Numbered from the stretch's first letter, positions 12,556 to 26,260 are shown. The stretch: 64,000 bases of DNA from Mobula hypostoma (GCF_963921235.1 NC_086097.1:253334001-253398000); one strand, 5' to 3'. Notes: generated by a model not told the origin, from the letters alone. Numbers and translations are program-made.

Positions 12556-15500
12556 TGTCAAAGCTATTTTGATATGCGCCCAGCTTCCAGAGTTTAGGCA
12601 CTCCGAATCTCTGGAACATGGACAGCTGGTGTGGCCCCTCTAAAGATTCAGACCCGCCCCGCTGATTGGTGGCCACGTCTCAGCATCAGGATTTTAATAT
12701 TTAAACAGCACCTGAACTGAGGTTCAAAATCAGTCATCAGCTGTACTCTGGAATCTCACCTGGCGTCTAGTTTAGAACCCTGTCCTCGATACAGTCTGGT
12801 ATTGGGTCCCAATTCTAGTCCTGGAAACTCCAGCACTTGGATCCTAACCATCCTTGTCTAGGTCTCAGTATGACTGAGCCAACGTGGACCCAGCGGGGTA
12901 ACGGAGCCTTCCGTCAGCTGAGGCCGGCCACAGCGAGAAGATTTCAAAACCGATCTGGGAGAATCACAACCTCCAGGTCGCCATGCGCCAACGGTCATTA
13001 GGAGAAAGTCAGAATCGCTTGGGTGAGGTTGTCAATCACTCGACAGAGTCAGGACATTTTCCAACCCTGGACAGATTCCGCAGTGACCCAGGTTCTTGCC
13101 ACGGCTTCCTCTCTCGGTCTTAGTTAGTGTTTGACCTCCAGCCGTCCTGGTTCCCTATACAGTGCAGAAAGATGACCTTCATGACCTTTCTCCTGACCGG
13201 GAGAGCCCTGGCCTGGGCCACCACACATTGGGAGCACAGGTCGGAGATCTGCTCTGGTTCAGAAGAATTCATGAATGCCATGAAGAGGGTGTTCCATCAT
13301 CTCACCAGGGCTAAATGAGCCCCCGACCATCTGATGAAGACGTGTCCGGGTAGTCGGCCAACAGCCACAGACTCTGAGGCGAGTTAAAAGATTGTCCTTG
13401 CCTTGGGAGAGCCAATAGAGGACTTGGAGGTTCTGATCAGTCCATCCACCTGGAAAGATGGCCCGGCAGAGTGACAATGGGACTACCTCAGGAGGTCGAA
13501 GAGGGTTAGCCCAAGCCCGGCCTCAACACGTTACAGTTCCACTTCCCAACCTCAGTCAACGATCAGTGCAGGATCCCGTCAAGCCAATGCAAACTGGCCA
13601 CCCAAGGCTCTCTGCTGATGAGAGATCCCAGCATCAGAGTCAAGGCTGCTGCCATTACTGTGGGGAAGCAGGTCACCTGCGAGCCGGAAGTCTGTAGTTT
13701 CAGGAATTGGAAAAACTGCTGAGACCGTCCAGTGTCGGGAGGACTGTGATGGTAGCAGCCATTATTCCTAAGCCTACTGATTCTAGGGTCAAGTTCAGAT
13801 CATTCAACCACAATGGATACATGTGGAGGACACTGGTTTCCACATCATCAATTCTCCTCACATACCCCTGATCCTTGGGCACCCGGGGTTGTCTGTGAAC
13901 TGGAAGGAAGGGAGGATCATTGCATGGTCAAGTTTTGCAAAAGGGTATGTTTTCAGTTTGGTGTTCCGACCCCCAGACTCTCCCCAGACCAGCAGCCAAT
14001 GAGGAGGCAGACTTTTGTTTGGGGTAACCTGGAGCCTTTGGGAGACCGAGTCTGGCCTCCAAGGGCAGACGACTGGCTCCAGTCAACAGGACAGTGCGAG
14101 TCCTGACCCTGTCTAGCCGGTGGTGCGCAGAAACTAGAGAGAAGGAGAGAGTCAAGGAGACACCCTGGCAGCCAAGCCTACAGGAAGCAGTCCCCAGATC
14201 CTGTCTCAGGGAAAGGTTCCAAAGCAGACCCTCGGACCCTAGCCACAGGAGGGCAAAAACTATTCACAGCATCTTGTTACTGTCGTCTGAGGATATGGAT
14301 AAGGATTTGGACTCTGAAGACTGGTGAACCTATGGAGGAGACTGTGGCATCTGCCAGATTACCTCCTGCTACCCAAGCAGCCTCAGGAGTTGTCCTTGGA
14401 GGGATGTTCGAGGATAGTTGCAGCACCCAAGCCAGTCGAAAGGCCCTCTGTCTACAAGAGATCTTCAGGAAGGAAACGGTTTCAACTGTCCTACCACACC
14501 GACCCTACGTTTGTGCACCTGACATACAGCTTAGTACTTGTCCTCCACGGGGTCGACTATACATGCTGTTAGGCCCAGAGAGAAGTGATAAGGAGCAGTT
14601 TATAAAGGAGGGTCTTGCAAAGGGATTCATTCAGCCCTCCACCTCACCAGCCAGTCTCTGCTTCTCCATCATACAGGAAAAGGACAGAAGTCTGCGGCTA
14701 TGCATTGATTATAGAGAGCTGAATCGCATAATGGCCAAAAATCATTACCCCCCTTCCACTTATAAACACTGCCTTCAAGGTTGTCCAAGGGGCAAGAGTA
14801 TTCTCAAAGCTAGACTTGTGGAGTGTGTACAGTCTGATCCTCATAAAGGAGCATGATGAGTGAACGACTGCGTTCAACAACTGACAGGGCACCATGAGTA
14901 CCTGGCCATGCCCTTTGGCCTTGCTAACATGCCAGCAGGTTCCAGGCCTTTATAAACGACATGCTCTGGGATGCTCTCCATAAATATGCCTTTGTCTACT
15001 TGGATGACATCCTAATTTTCTCTAAGTCCATGGAGGAGCATTTCGATCATGTCAGAAATATCTTAGCGGCTTCTAGAGCATGTCGAGCTGGAAAATTCTG
15101 AATTTCAGTTCCTTTATTGGGTTTTATCATCTCTAACAACCATCTCATGGTGGACCCTACTAAGACACAAGCAGTCAGAGATTGGCCACATCCATCCTGT
15201 GTGAAACAAGTCCAGTTGCTGGGATTTGTCAACACTTACCAAAAGTTCATCAGGAACATCAGCTCAGTATTGGCTCCACTGACAGCACTAACTAAGAGAT
15301 CCACGGGCTCTTTTGTTTAGACTACCAAAGCAGAGGCTGCTTTTGCAGAACGTAAACAGTGGTTCACAACAGTTCCCATGATGGTCTTACTCAACCCAGA
15401 CCTTCCCTTCATTGTAGAGGTGGATGCCTCGGACGTCAGAGTGTGTGCAGTGTGGCCTCAATAAACACCTCTGGACAATAAACTGCCTAAACGGCTATCC

Positions 15501-16650
15501 CCAGCAGAGGATATTGGAAATAGAGAGCTCCTCAGGTCAGGTTAGCTATGGAGGAATGCCGTCACTGGCTTGAGGGGGCCAAGAACCCTTTTATTGAATG
15601 GGCAGACCTCAAAAACCCGGCTTGTATTCAGGAAGCCAAAAAACTGAATTCCAGGCAGGCCAGGTGGTTCCTTTTCTTTAACTGGTTCAATTTCGATCTG
15701 ACTTATTGACCAGGGTCAAAGAATCAAAAAAGGATGCCTTGTCCCGTCATTTCAATGAATCCCAAAGAGAGAAGCTGCCAACCACCATTTTGCCCCAAGC
15801 TAAGGTGATAATACCCATTCATTGGAGAATCAACGTCCTTGTGCACAAGGGGAGATTCCGAAAAACGGTCCTCTGGGTCATCTGCTCCTCCCAAGTTCTG
15901 TTGGATCTGAGGTACTACAGTGGGGACACACATATAAAATGACCACTCACCCTGGGGTTGCCAGAACCCTTGAGTCCATTAAGAGAAGATACTGGTGGCC
16001 TGGAATGGCTAAGGAATTCTGACAATACATACAGGGATGTGAGGTGTATGTCCAGAACAAGGGGGCCCCAATCACAACCTCTACCCATTCCGGACACACC
16101 CTGGGCACACATCTCCATGGTCTTCGTCATGGGTCTTCCTCCTTCCAAGGGGAAGACTGTCATCATGGTAATTGGGGAAAGTCTTCCCAAAAGCCTGCAA
16201 ATTTATTGCTTTGCACTACCATAAGCCATGGAGAGGGCTGATTGTCCTGCATCAAACCTTCAAGATCCACAGATTTCTGGTGGACATTGTGTGAGATCAG
16301 GGTCCACAATTCATGCCATGTTTTGGCAGGACATTCTGCACACTACAGCAAACCTTTGCTCTGGGCTTCATCCACCGTCCAGCGGACAGACAGAGCAGAT
16401 GAACGGGATATGGAACGAACCCGGAGATCCCTGGCCTCAGAAAAACCAGACAAGTGGTGCAACCGTTTCCTGTGGGCAGAGGTCACCCACAACACTTTAC
16501 AATACTCTAGCGTGGAATGTTCCCATTTGAATGCCATTTTGGGTATTCTTCACTGCTCTTTCCTGAGAAGGAAGTCAAGGTCGGGGTCCCTACGGATGAA
16601 CATCTCATCCGATACTGCAAGGAAAACTAGACGAGGGCAAAGGAGATTTT
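12556..16650 (+). mobile_element. Decayed Ty3/Gypsy LTR retrotransposon (sushi-like): probable 5' LTR, gag, RT, RNase H, integrase; 3' end missing
   Basis: Gag FLLTGRALAWAT; zinc knuckle remnant CHYCGEAGH; RT LRLCIDYRELN and YLDD (14997-15008); integrase HPGVART..RRYWWPGM and PDTPWAHISM; many stops and frameshifts. Confidence 0.9.
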
Positions 16651-17535
16651 AACTGACTATGGAAGCTTTGTGACTGGTTATCAAATGTATCCCTACCATC
16701 TTTTGGCCTTAACAGACACAAACTTAAAGATACTGATTGCAGCCTTTCGACAGTAAACACGACCATCTTCCTTGTGCAGAAGTTAGTCAAATGATAAGTC
16801 TCCCCAGCACCACCTCCTGAAAAAAGCCCTCTCAAGTGAACAGGGCATGGGCGGAGCTTAATGCTCAATCCTGATTGGCTGGATATGAACTGCCTATTCC
16901 TGATTAGTTTGTTTGAATTGGCCTTGATCTGACTGGTCAATTTTTTTTAGGCCAAACCCTCTTTAGAAGTTATTGTCCCACTATGCCTGGATTAGAGGGT
17001 AGGAGTGAGCTATAACAAGAAGCTGGACAAATCTGGGTTGTTTTATCTGGAGCAGTGGAGACTGACGGGAGATCTGATAGAGGTTTATGAGATTATGAGA
17101 GTCATAGATAGAGTAGACAGGACAGACCTTTTCCCCAGGATTGAAATGTCTAATACCAAAGGGCATGCATGCATTTAAGGTGAGAGGGGGTAATTTCTGA
17201 GAAGTGAAGTGTTTTACAGAAAGTAGTGGATGCCTGGAATGCGCTGTCTGAGGTGCTGGTAAAGGCAGATAGACAGGCACTGAATGGCAGAGCGGACTCG
17301 CTGGACCAGATGGCATAACTCTGCTCCTATGTCTTATGGCACATGAATGTCAGGAAAATGGAAGGATAAGGACGTTGTGTGACAGAAGGGATTAGTTTAG
17401 TTGGCCATTTGATGACTAATTTAATTAGTTTGGCACAATATTGTGGGCCAGTTGAGCCTATTCCAGTGCTGTAAGGTTCTATGTTCGAAACATACCGTTA
17501 AATGAAACGTTTTACATCAACGACCAACAGAGTCC

Positions 17536-17641
17536 TGTGACGGGGTCCTGAATTACCCCTATGAACTGTGCTCGTTTACCCCTATTAACTGTGCTTTTGA
17601 AAAGAGAGAGAGTTATTTAACACCAACAACTTGTTTGTAAA

Positions 17642-17695
<54 letters not shown>

Positions 17696-18523
17696 GAAGA
17701 CTAACTGTTGGACTGTCACTTTAAGAAACGAGAAAGCACTGGTTGACTGTTGGATTTCTGAAGTGGAGACAGCACCGAGCAGCTCATAAGTCGCTATGGT
17801 GATCAAGGGCGTTATTAAACGGACAATTGATATTATGATTATCGGCAGGTTGTTGATACTACTTCAAGGACTTTTACCTGCTTGCATTTCTTTCACAGAG
17901 AGAGGAAGGAGGAGTTATTTGAATGACAGTTGTTGCTCAGCACGGGAAGATAAAATAGGAGGTCAGGTGGTAGACCTCAGACACATGTTCTGGACACTGA
18001 ATGAGCATTGTTGTGCCCGCAGGAAAAGTGGGTTTTGGAGGATCGATCTGTCACTTGTGCAGTGGAAAGAGGAAAGGGGTTGACTGGTGGGGAGTTGTCC
18101 ATGTGTCCACTCTCGCCTGGGGGATAGCTCCACCACAGAAAAGCGGTCCCCTTTGTTAAAGTCACAGTCAGTGACTTTTAAAGGCTTTCAAAGGACAACA
18201 AGATTGACGGTGTCAGCTCACCTGAAGACTCAAATCTCTCCCTCTCTCTCCATCACTACTCAACTCAATACTACGAACTGAACTGAACTTTACTCATCAT
18301 CGTAAGACTGTATCTTTTTACCCCAGACTTAAAGAAGCTTGGTTTTTGATACATATATTTCCACACTTACTTATATAATCATTGCTATCCTGTTTGATTT
18401 ATCTACATTTATATTACTGTATTGCATAGTAACTAATAAATATTATTAGTTTATAGCAATACGAGACTCCAAAGTGTTTTCCATCTCTGCTGGTTCTTTA
18501 TTCCCGTCATGGGGTACGTGACA
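17536..18523 (+). mobile_element. Solo LTR, 988 bp
   Basis: TGT...ACA termini, 4-bp TSD GTCC on both sides, AATAAA at 18435-18440, internal (GA)n. Confidence 0.85.
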
Positions 18524-19628
18524 GTCCAAAGTATGTGCTGGCAGCAATTTGCAAGTGCCACCATTCTTCCGACACCAACATAACATGCCCTCAACTAACC
18601 ATAACCAATACGTCTTGTACTGTAGGTGGAGACCAGAACACCCAGAGGAAATCTCCACAGTCATGAGGAGAACATACAAACAGCACACAGTGATGGGAGA
18701 ACATACAAACTCCTTACAGTGAACCCTGATTGCGAAAGCTGTAAAAAGCCATCATAACTGCTAAGCCACCGTGCTTCCTCATAGTTGTAGAAACTCCGAT
18801 AAAATTTTTATCTGGTTCAGAATATTTAAAAAGGTTTTAAATTCATCTTTATTTAAAAATAATACATAAATCTTTCAATCTGTGGCAATTCTTGTTGATG
18901 CGCCTTGTTTCATAAATTTAAATATTACATGTCACAAGCATTGTAAAGGCCATACACGTGGGAGCAGAATTAGGCTATTCGGCCCATTGAGTCTGCTCCA
19001 GCATTTGATTATGACTGATTTATATTGTGTAGAAATTTTGTAAAATTATGCATCCCCTAGATAATTACTGCATCTTTTTATCATTATGTCTGAAAAGGCA
19101 AAAACGAATTTGTCACATCTGATGCTCTGTGATTCTTTCCGTGTCATGCCAGATTGCAGTTAATTTTCCTGTCTATTTTCAGCATCCAGGACAACTCCGC
19201 AGTACATTTAAAACATCAACAGTTCAGCACAGGGACAGGCCTTTCGGCCTAATCCAATTAAATTAGTCATCAAATGGCCGACCAATCTAATCCCTTCTGT
19301 CTACACAATGTCCACATCCTGCCATTTTCCTCATATTCATGTGCCAAACTAAACATCTTTTAAAAGTCGCTAATGTATCTGCCTCTACCACTACCCCAGG
19401 CAGCACATTCCAGGCACCCACCACTCTGTGTAAAAAAACTTGCACCTCACTTCTCCTTTGAAATTACTCCTCTCACCTTAAATGCATATACACTGGTATC
19501 AGACATTTCAACCCTTGGAACTCCAGCCCTAGTTTGCAAATCTTAAAATCCTGTTCTGAATTTTCCTACAACATTTTCCTCATAATGAATCTGGGATTGC
19601 TCATTGTTCCCATCAGATAGGATACCTC

Positions 19629-19727
19629 CTGATAAAGGGTCTTGGCCCAAAACTCCAACTGTTTTTTTCTTTCCATAGATGCTGCCTGGCCTGCTGAGTT
19701 TCTCCAGCATTTTGTGTGTGTTCCTTT
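19629..19727 (+). mobile_element. 99-bp Penelope terminal-repeat insertion with degenerate hammerhead
   Basis: 14-bp TSD AGAT(A/G)GGATACCTC at 19615-19628 and 19728-19741; begins at CTGATAAAGGG. Confidence 0.8.
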
Positions 19728-20964
19728 AGATGGGATACCTCTTCCGTGGTAGAGGCTATTTACATTAGGGATATTTTAGAAACTCTTTGATAGGCACATA
19801 GATGACAAGAAAAATTGAGGGTTATGTATGAGGGAAAGGTTAGGCCGATCTTCAAGGTTTAAACGTTTGAAGTAAATTCATGATCTAAGTACATGCGTCA
19901 CCAGACACATCCCTGAGATTCATTTTCTTGCTGGTATACCCAATAAATCCATAACAGAATCAATGAAAGACTACACCAACTTGATCTTAGACCTAGACTT
20001 TAAAAGACAGCACAACATTACAAACCGAAGGGCTTCTATGATGCTGAAAAGTTCTATGTTTAAAACTTTGTCTCAATCTCTCACTTCAGAACTTTCTCCA
20101 ACATCTTCAAAACCTAGAAACCTCACTTTCTAACTTCCAAAAATCCTAGCACCTGCTTCCACAATAATTTGATGTCTTTTTCCACACACCCCTCAGTATA
20201 ATTAGACTCAGATCCACACCAGTAGAGCTAGGACTTGCATTCTATGACTCCAGAGCCTCTCAAAATCAGTACTGCAGTTAGCAACACGCACAAAATGCTG
20301 GAGGAACTCAACATCTATGGAGAGGAATGAACAATTGATGTTTTGGGCCGAGACCCTTTGCCAGTATTCTTTGTAAACAATGTTTTAGAGTTTAATAAGA
20401 ATGCCACTGCATGGTATCAGAAAAAGCTGCATAGGGCTCCATCATGAGCACTATCCTCCCCAGCATCGAGGACATCTTTAAAAGGTAGCATCCCATCATT
20501 AAGGACCCCCATTACCCAGGGCATACTCTCTCCTCATTGCTATCATCCAGGAGTTACAGAAGCCTGAAGATACACTCAATGTTTCAGGAACAGTTTCTTC
20601 TCCTCTGCCATCCAACTTCTGAGTGGCCGAATCCATACACAATACCTCACTACTTTTTTATTTTTTATAACTCTCTTTTTGCACGATTTAATTTTTTTAT
20701 GTACAAACATTTGTATATATAGTTTTTTATTATTATATATTGCAATGTACTTCTACCGCCAAACGAATGTACTGATGTTACACCTGATTTTTGATGGACT
20801 GCGAGCTACATCTGTCTGTGTCATTTCGTACCAAGCTATTAGAGAATGGAAGACCCTGTTGACCAATTTATAAGACAATCTGAAAATCACTGCTGAATAA
20901 GAGAGGAAAACAATTTGTAAATTCATTTATTTCAAAATCAGAGAAAAATAATTTAAGGATAAAC

Positions 20965-21064
20965 GGAGTCCTGACAAAGGGTCTCGGCCTGAAACATCGA
21001 CTGTACCTCTTCCTAGAGATGCTGCCTGGCCTGCTGCGTTCACCAGCAACTTTGATGTGTGTTG
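20965..21064 (+). mobile_element. 100-bp Penelope terminal-repeat insertion with a near-intact hammerhead (two core changes)
   Basis: Perfect 12-bp TSD TTAAGGATAAAC; AGTC-CTGACAA-AGG..CCT-GAAA-CATC-GACT. Confidence 0.88.
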
Positions 21065-21708
21065 TTAAGGATAAACTTACAATGATAATTTGTAAGTTTG
21101 TTGTGTAGTTTTGCATTATGCCAGATGAAGTTTCCAATACTGCAATGGACTGTATTTATTTTCTTTATTGAGATACAACATGGAACAGACCCAACCAGCC
21201 ACAACACCCAGCAATCTATTTAACCCTAACCTATTCACAGGACAATTTACAATGCCCAATTAACCTAGTGACCGGTGCGTCTTTGAACTGTGGGAGGACA
21301 CCAGAGCACCTGGAGAAAACCTACTCCTTACAGTGTCGGAATTGAATTCCAAACCTCGACACCCTGAGCCGTAATAGAATCACGCTAACCACTATACTAA
21401 TGTGCCATCTTAATGTATTAATTTCACTGCAGTCTAAATTAATTGGTTTGTGATTTGAGTGAAGTATTAATCCCTGACCTCTGAACCACAGCACATCGCG
21501 CTGGAATGCCCTGAGCTCTGCATTAACCACTACATCACCATTTCTGAATTTATATTAATCTGCTTATCAAACACTGAAATGAGGAACAATATTTATTTAA
21601 AATAATTCACATGGATTAAATTGGCAAGGAGAATTAAAAAAATGAGTTTTAAACTAGTAATTCAGTGTCCAAACAAATGAACTGCTTCCTTGTAGTTGAA
21701 GAGTGGAA

Positions 21709-21714
21709 TTTATT
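21709..21714 (-). terminator. Candidate UQCRB polyadenylation signal (alternative at 21592-21597)
   Basis: AATAAA on the minus strand about 90 nt after the stop codon, in non-repetitive sequence. Confidence 0.55.
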
Positions 21715-21805
21715 TCTCCAGGAATCAATGACCCGTTCTGTTGTAAATGGCCTACGTTGTTGAAGCTGGATCATGACAGGCATACAGTAATGAAAAGAAT
21801 CCTAT

Positions 21806-21883
21806 TTATTTTTTATTCCATTCTTCCTTCTCCTTTCTTTCAGATATAACTTCTTTAAGATATGGCTGAAGGTAGTATATATC
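21806..21883 (-). CDS. UQCRB: Cytochrome b-c1 complex subunit 7, coding exon 4 (last)
   Basis: Acceptor TTTGTCTTCTAG, then DIYYLQPYLKEVISERKEKEEWNKK*; matches the vertebrate UQCRB C-terminus. Confidence 0.96.
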   Translation of the reverse strand, partial: DIYYLQPYLKEVISERKEKEEWNKK

Positions 21884-23699
21884 CTAGAAGACAAAGAAAA
21901 CTTATTTTGTTAAGTTCTGTAAATATCTGAAGAACAGGGCATTTATAGTCACAGTCAAAGAACCCTACAGCACTGAAACAAGCTCTTCAGCCCATCTAGT
22001 CCATGCCAAACTATCTCGTCCTGCCTATTCCCATCCATCTGCACCTGGACCATAGCCCCCCATACCCCTACCATCCATGAACTTACCTAAACTTCTCTTT
22101 AATGTTGAAATCAAATAAAAATCCACACTTTACCCCCACTCTGAGTGAAGAAGTACCCCTCCAGGTCCCTTTTAAGCACTTCACCTTTCACCCTTAACCC
22201 ATGACCTCGAGATCTCGTCTTACCCACTCTCGGTGGAAAAGGCCTGCTTGCATTTATCCTATCTATACCCCTCATAATGTTGTATCATCATCGTTATTAT
22301 GTGCCATGTTGTATGACTTTTGACCATGGTTGTTCTTGGCAAATTCTTCTACGGAAGTGATTTGCCATTGCCTTCTTCTGGGCAGTGTCTTTACAAGATG
22401 GGCTTAGAAAAATAGAGGGCTATGGGTAACCCTAGATAATCTCTAACATAAGGACATGTTCGGCATAGCTTTGTGAGCTGAAGGGCCTGTATTGTGCTGT
22501 AGGTTTTCTATGTTTCTAAGACGGGTGACCCCAGCCATTATCAATACTCTTCAGGGATTGTCTGCCTGGTGTCAGTGGCCTCCTAACCAGGACTTCTGAT
22601 ATGCTCCAGCTGCTCGTATGACCATCCACCTGATCCCATGGGCTTCACGTGACCCTGATCGGTGGAGGGCGCTAAGCAGGTGCTACACCTTGACCAAAGG
22701 TAACCTACAGGCTAGCAGAGGGAAGGAGCATCTTACACCTCCTTTGGTAAAGACGTATCTCCACACCGCCACCCATAAGGTTGTATACCTCTATTGAATC
22801 TCCCCTCATTCTCCTACGCTTCAAGGGTTTATATAAAAATTTTACTTTTTCATGTTAGTAAAAAAAATTAGTGTGAGGAGAACAAGAATGACCAAAGACA
22901 AGAGGTGGTAAATACATTAGGAAATATTTTGTCAGGAGAATAGTTCAAAAGTGAAACTAATTACCAGTACAAGAAGTTAAATTGTGAGCATGGCTCTATT
23001 TGTAGCACTGAACAGATTATGCTGGTAAGATTTGATAAAGTCGAGTAGAAAGTTACCCTAGTGGAGTATCGTTTGTTCATTATGTGCCATGTCACATGGC
23101 GTGGGCTATCGTGGTCTTTCCATGACCGTGATTGTTTTTGGTAATTCTTTTCTACAGAAGTGGTTTGTCAATGCCTTCTTCTGGGCAAAGGAGTATAACT
23201 AATGGCAATAGTCCCTTGGACCAAAGAGAATGTAGATCATAAAAGCAAGCCAGTTAGGGTTGTCCAAAACTGTGATGTGTGTTTAGGCAGAGAGGCAACA
23301 TTTTCACACAGACGGGGAACTGAGGAAGTGGTTGGAGTAGGTACAATAGCATCATTCAAGAAGCACTTGGAGGTACATGGAGGGATGGGAGCTTACACCT
23401 ATGGGATGACTACAGGAAATTGGGTCAGTATGGATTCACTGCTCTGTGACTCAGCCTCATATTGATATACAGGACATTACAGCACAGTACTTGCCCTTCA
23501 GCCCACAATGTTAAGCTAATCTTTTAACCTACTCTTAACTTCAATCTAACCCTTCCCTCCTACATAACTCTCCATTTTCCCATCTAAGAGACTCTTAAAT
23601 TGACACTACGTATCTGCCTCTACCACCACCCCTGGCAGGGTATTCCATGCACCCACCACTCTCTGTGTGAAGAACTTACCTCTGACAACTCTTAAACTT

Positions 23700-24336
23700 C
23701 AGTTTAAGAGCTGAGAGGTAATGTTGCAGCTATGTAGGACCCTGGTCAGACCCCACTTGGAGTACTGTGCTCAGTTCTGGTCGCCTCACTACAGGAAGGA
23801 CGTGGAAACCATAGAAAGGGTGCAGAGGAGATTTACAAGGATGTTGCCTGGATTGGGGAGCATGCCTTATGAGAATAGGTTGAGTGAACTCGGCCCTTTC
23901 TCCTTAGAGCGACGGAGGATGAGAGGTGACCTGATAGAGGTGTATGAGATGATGAGAGGCATTGATCGTGTGGGTAATTTAACCAATTTCCCCTGGAATC
24001 AATAAAGTATGACTATGACTATGGGTAGTCAGAGGCTTTTCCCCAGGGCTGAAATGGCTAGCATGAGAGGGCACAGTTTTAAGGTGCTTGGAAGTAGGTA
24101 CAGAGGAGATGTCAGGAGTAAGTTTTTTTACACAAAGTGGTGAGTGCGTGGAATGGGCTGCCGGCAACGGTGGTGGAGGCAGAAATGATAGGGTCTTTTA
24201 AGAGACTCCTGGATAGAAAACTTAGAAAAATAGAGGGCTATGGGTAAAGCCTAGGTAGTTCTAAGGTAGGGACATGTTCGGCACAGGTTTGTGGGCCGAA
24301 GGGCCTGTATTGTGCTGTAGGTTTTCTATGTTTCTA
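23700..24336 (+). mobile_element. CR1 3' fragment containing a ~45-bp Rex1-type tail insertion
   Basis: [17 protein letters not shown]...MRGDLIEVY; TTCTATGT-type tail. Confidence 0.85.
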
Positions 24337-24642
24337 ACTCCCTATATTTTTCTCCAATCACCTTAAAATTACTCCCCCTTGTACTTGCACGCTGAGAAAC
24401 TCTCTGGCTGTCCACTCAATCTATCCATCTTGTCCGCCTCTCATCCTCCCTCACTCCAAAGAGAAAAGCCCTAACTTGTTCAACCTGTTCTCATAATACA
24501 GGCTCTCTAATTCAGGCAGCGTCCTGGAAAATCTCCTCTGAACTCTTTCTAAAGCTTCCACATCCCTCTATAATGACATAAAGTCAAGTTTATTGTCATT
24601 TAACTACATACATGTATATAACATAAATAACCAGATAAGGTA

Positions 24643-26260
24643 CAGTGCCATGCAAAAGTTTGGGCACCCCTGGTCAAAATTTCTGTTACTGTGAATAGCT
24701 AAGCGAGTAAAAGATGACCTGATTTCCAAAAGGCATAAAGTTAAAGATAGCACATTTCTTTAATATTTTAAGTAAGATCACTTTTTTATTTCCATCTTTT
24801 ACAGTTTCAAAATAACAAAAAAGGAAAAGGGCCCAAAACAAAAGTTTGGGCACCCTGCAAGGTAGTACTTAGTAACACCCTCTTTTGGCAAGTATCACAG
24901 CTTGTAAACGCTTTCTGTAGCCAGCTAAGAGTCTTTCAATTCTTGTTTGGAGGATTTTCGCCCATTCTTCCTTACAAAAGGCTTCTAGTTCTGTGAGATT
25001 CTTGGGCCGTCTTGCATGCACTGCTCTTTTGAGGTCTATCCACAGATTCTCAATGATGTTTAGGTCAGGGGAATGTGAGGGCCATGGCAAAACCTTCAGC
25101 TTGCATCTCTTGAGGTAGTCCATTGTGGATTTTGAGGTGTGTTTAGGTTCATTATCCTGTTGTAGAAGCTATCCTCTTTTCATCTTCAGCTTTTTTACAG
25201 ACGATGTGCTGTTTGCTTCCAGAATTTGCTGGTATTTAATTGAATTCATTCTTCCCTCTGCCAGTGAAATGTTCCCCGTGTCACTGGCTGCAACACAAGC
25301 CCAAAGCTTGATCGATCCACCCCGTGCTTAACAGTTGGAGAGGTGTTCTTTTCATGAAGTTCTGCACTCTTTTTTCTCCAAACATACCTTTGCTCATTGT
25401 GGCAAAAAAGTTCTATTTTAAGTTCATCAGTCCACAGGACTTGTTTCCAAAATACATTAGGCTTGTTTAGATGTTCCTTTGCAAACTTCTGATGCTGAAT
25501 TTTGGCCGCAATGAGCAAAGGTATGTCTGGAGAAAAAAGGGTGCAGAATTTCATGAAAAGAACCCCTCTCCAACTGTTAAGCACGGGGTGGATCGATCAT
25601 GCTTTGGGCTTGTGTTGCAGCCAGTGGCACGGGGAACATTTCATAGGCAGAGAGAAGAATGAATTCAATTAAATACCAGCAAATTCTGGAAGCAAACATC
25701 ACACCGTCTGTAAAAAAGCTGAAGATGAAAAGAAGATGGCTTCTACAACAGGATAATGATCCTAAACACACCACAAAATTCACAGTGGACTACCTCAAGA
25801 GGCAAAAGCTGAAGGTTTTGCCATGGCCCTCAAAATCCCCTGACCTAAACATCATTGAAAATCTGTGGATAGACCTCAAAGGAGTAGTGCATGCAAGACA
25901 GCCCAAGAATCTCACAGAACTGGAAGCCTTTTGCAAGGAAGAATGGGCGAAAATCCGCCAAACAAGAATTGAAAGACTCTTTGCTGGCTACAAAAAGTGT
26001 TTACAAGCTGTGATACTTGCCAAAGGGGGTGTTACTAAGTACTGACCATGCAGGGTGCCCAAACTTTTGCTTCGGGCCCTTTTCGTTATTTGTTATATGG
26101 AAACTGTAAAAGATGGAAATAAAAATGTATCTTGCTTAAAACATTAAAGACATGTGTCATCTTTAACTTCATGCCTTTTGGAAATCAGGCCATTACTCGC
26201 TTAGCTATTCACAGTAACAGAAATTTTGACCAGGGGTGCCCAAACTTTTGCATGCCACTG
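24643..26260. mobile_element. Palindromic non-autonomous Tc1 element made of two inverted 3' halves
   Basis: Terminal CAGTG(C/G)CATGCAAAAGTTTGGGCACCCC with TA on both sides; transposase C-terminus (QQDNDPKH...SPDLNIIE, D34E spacing) on both strands. Confidence 0.93.
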
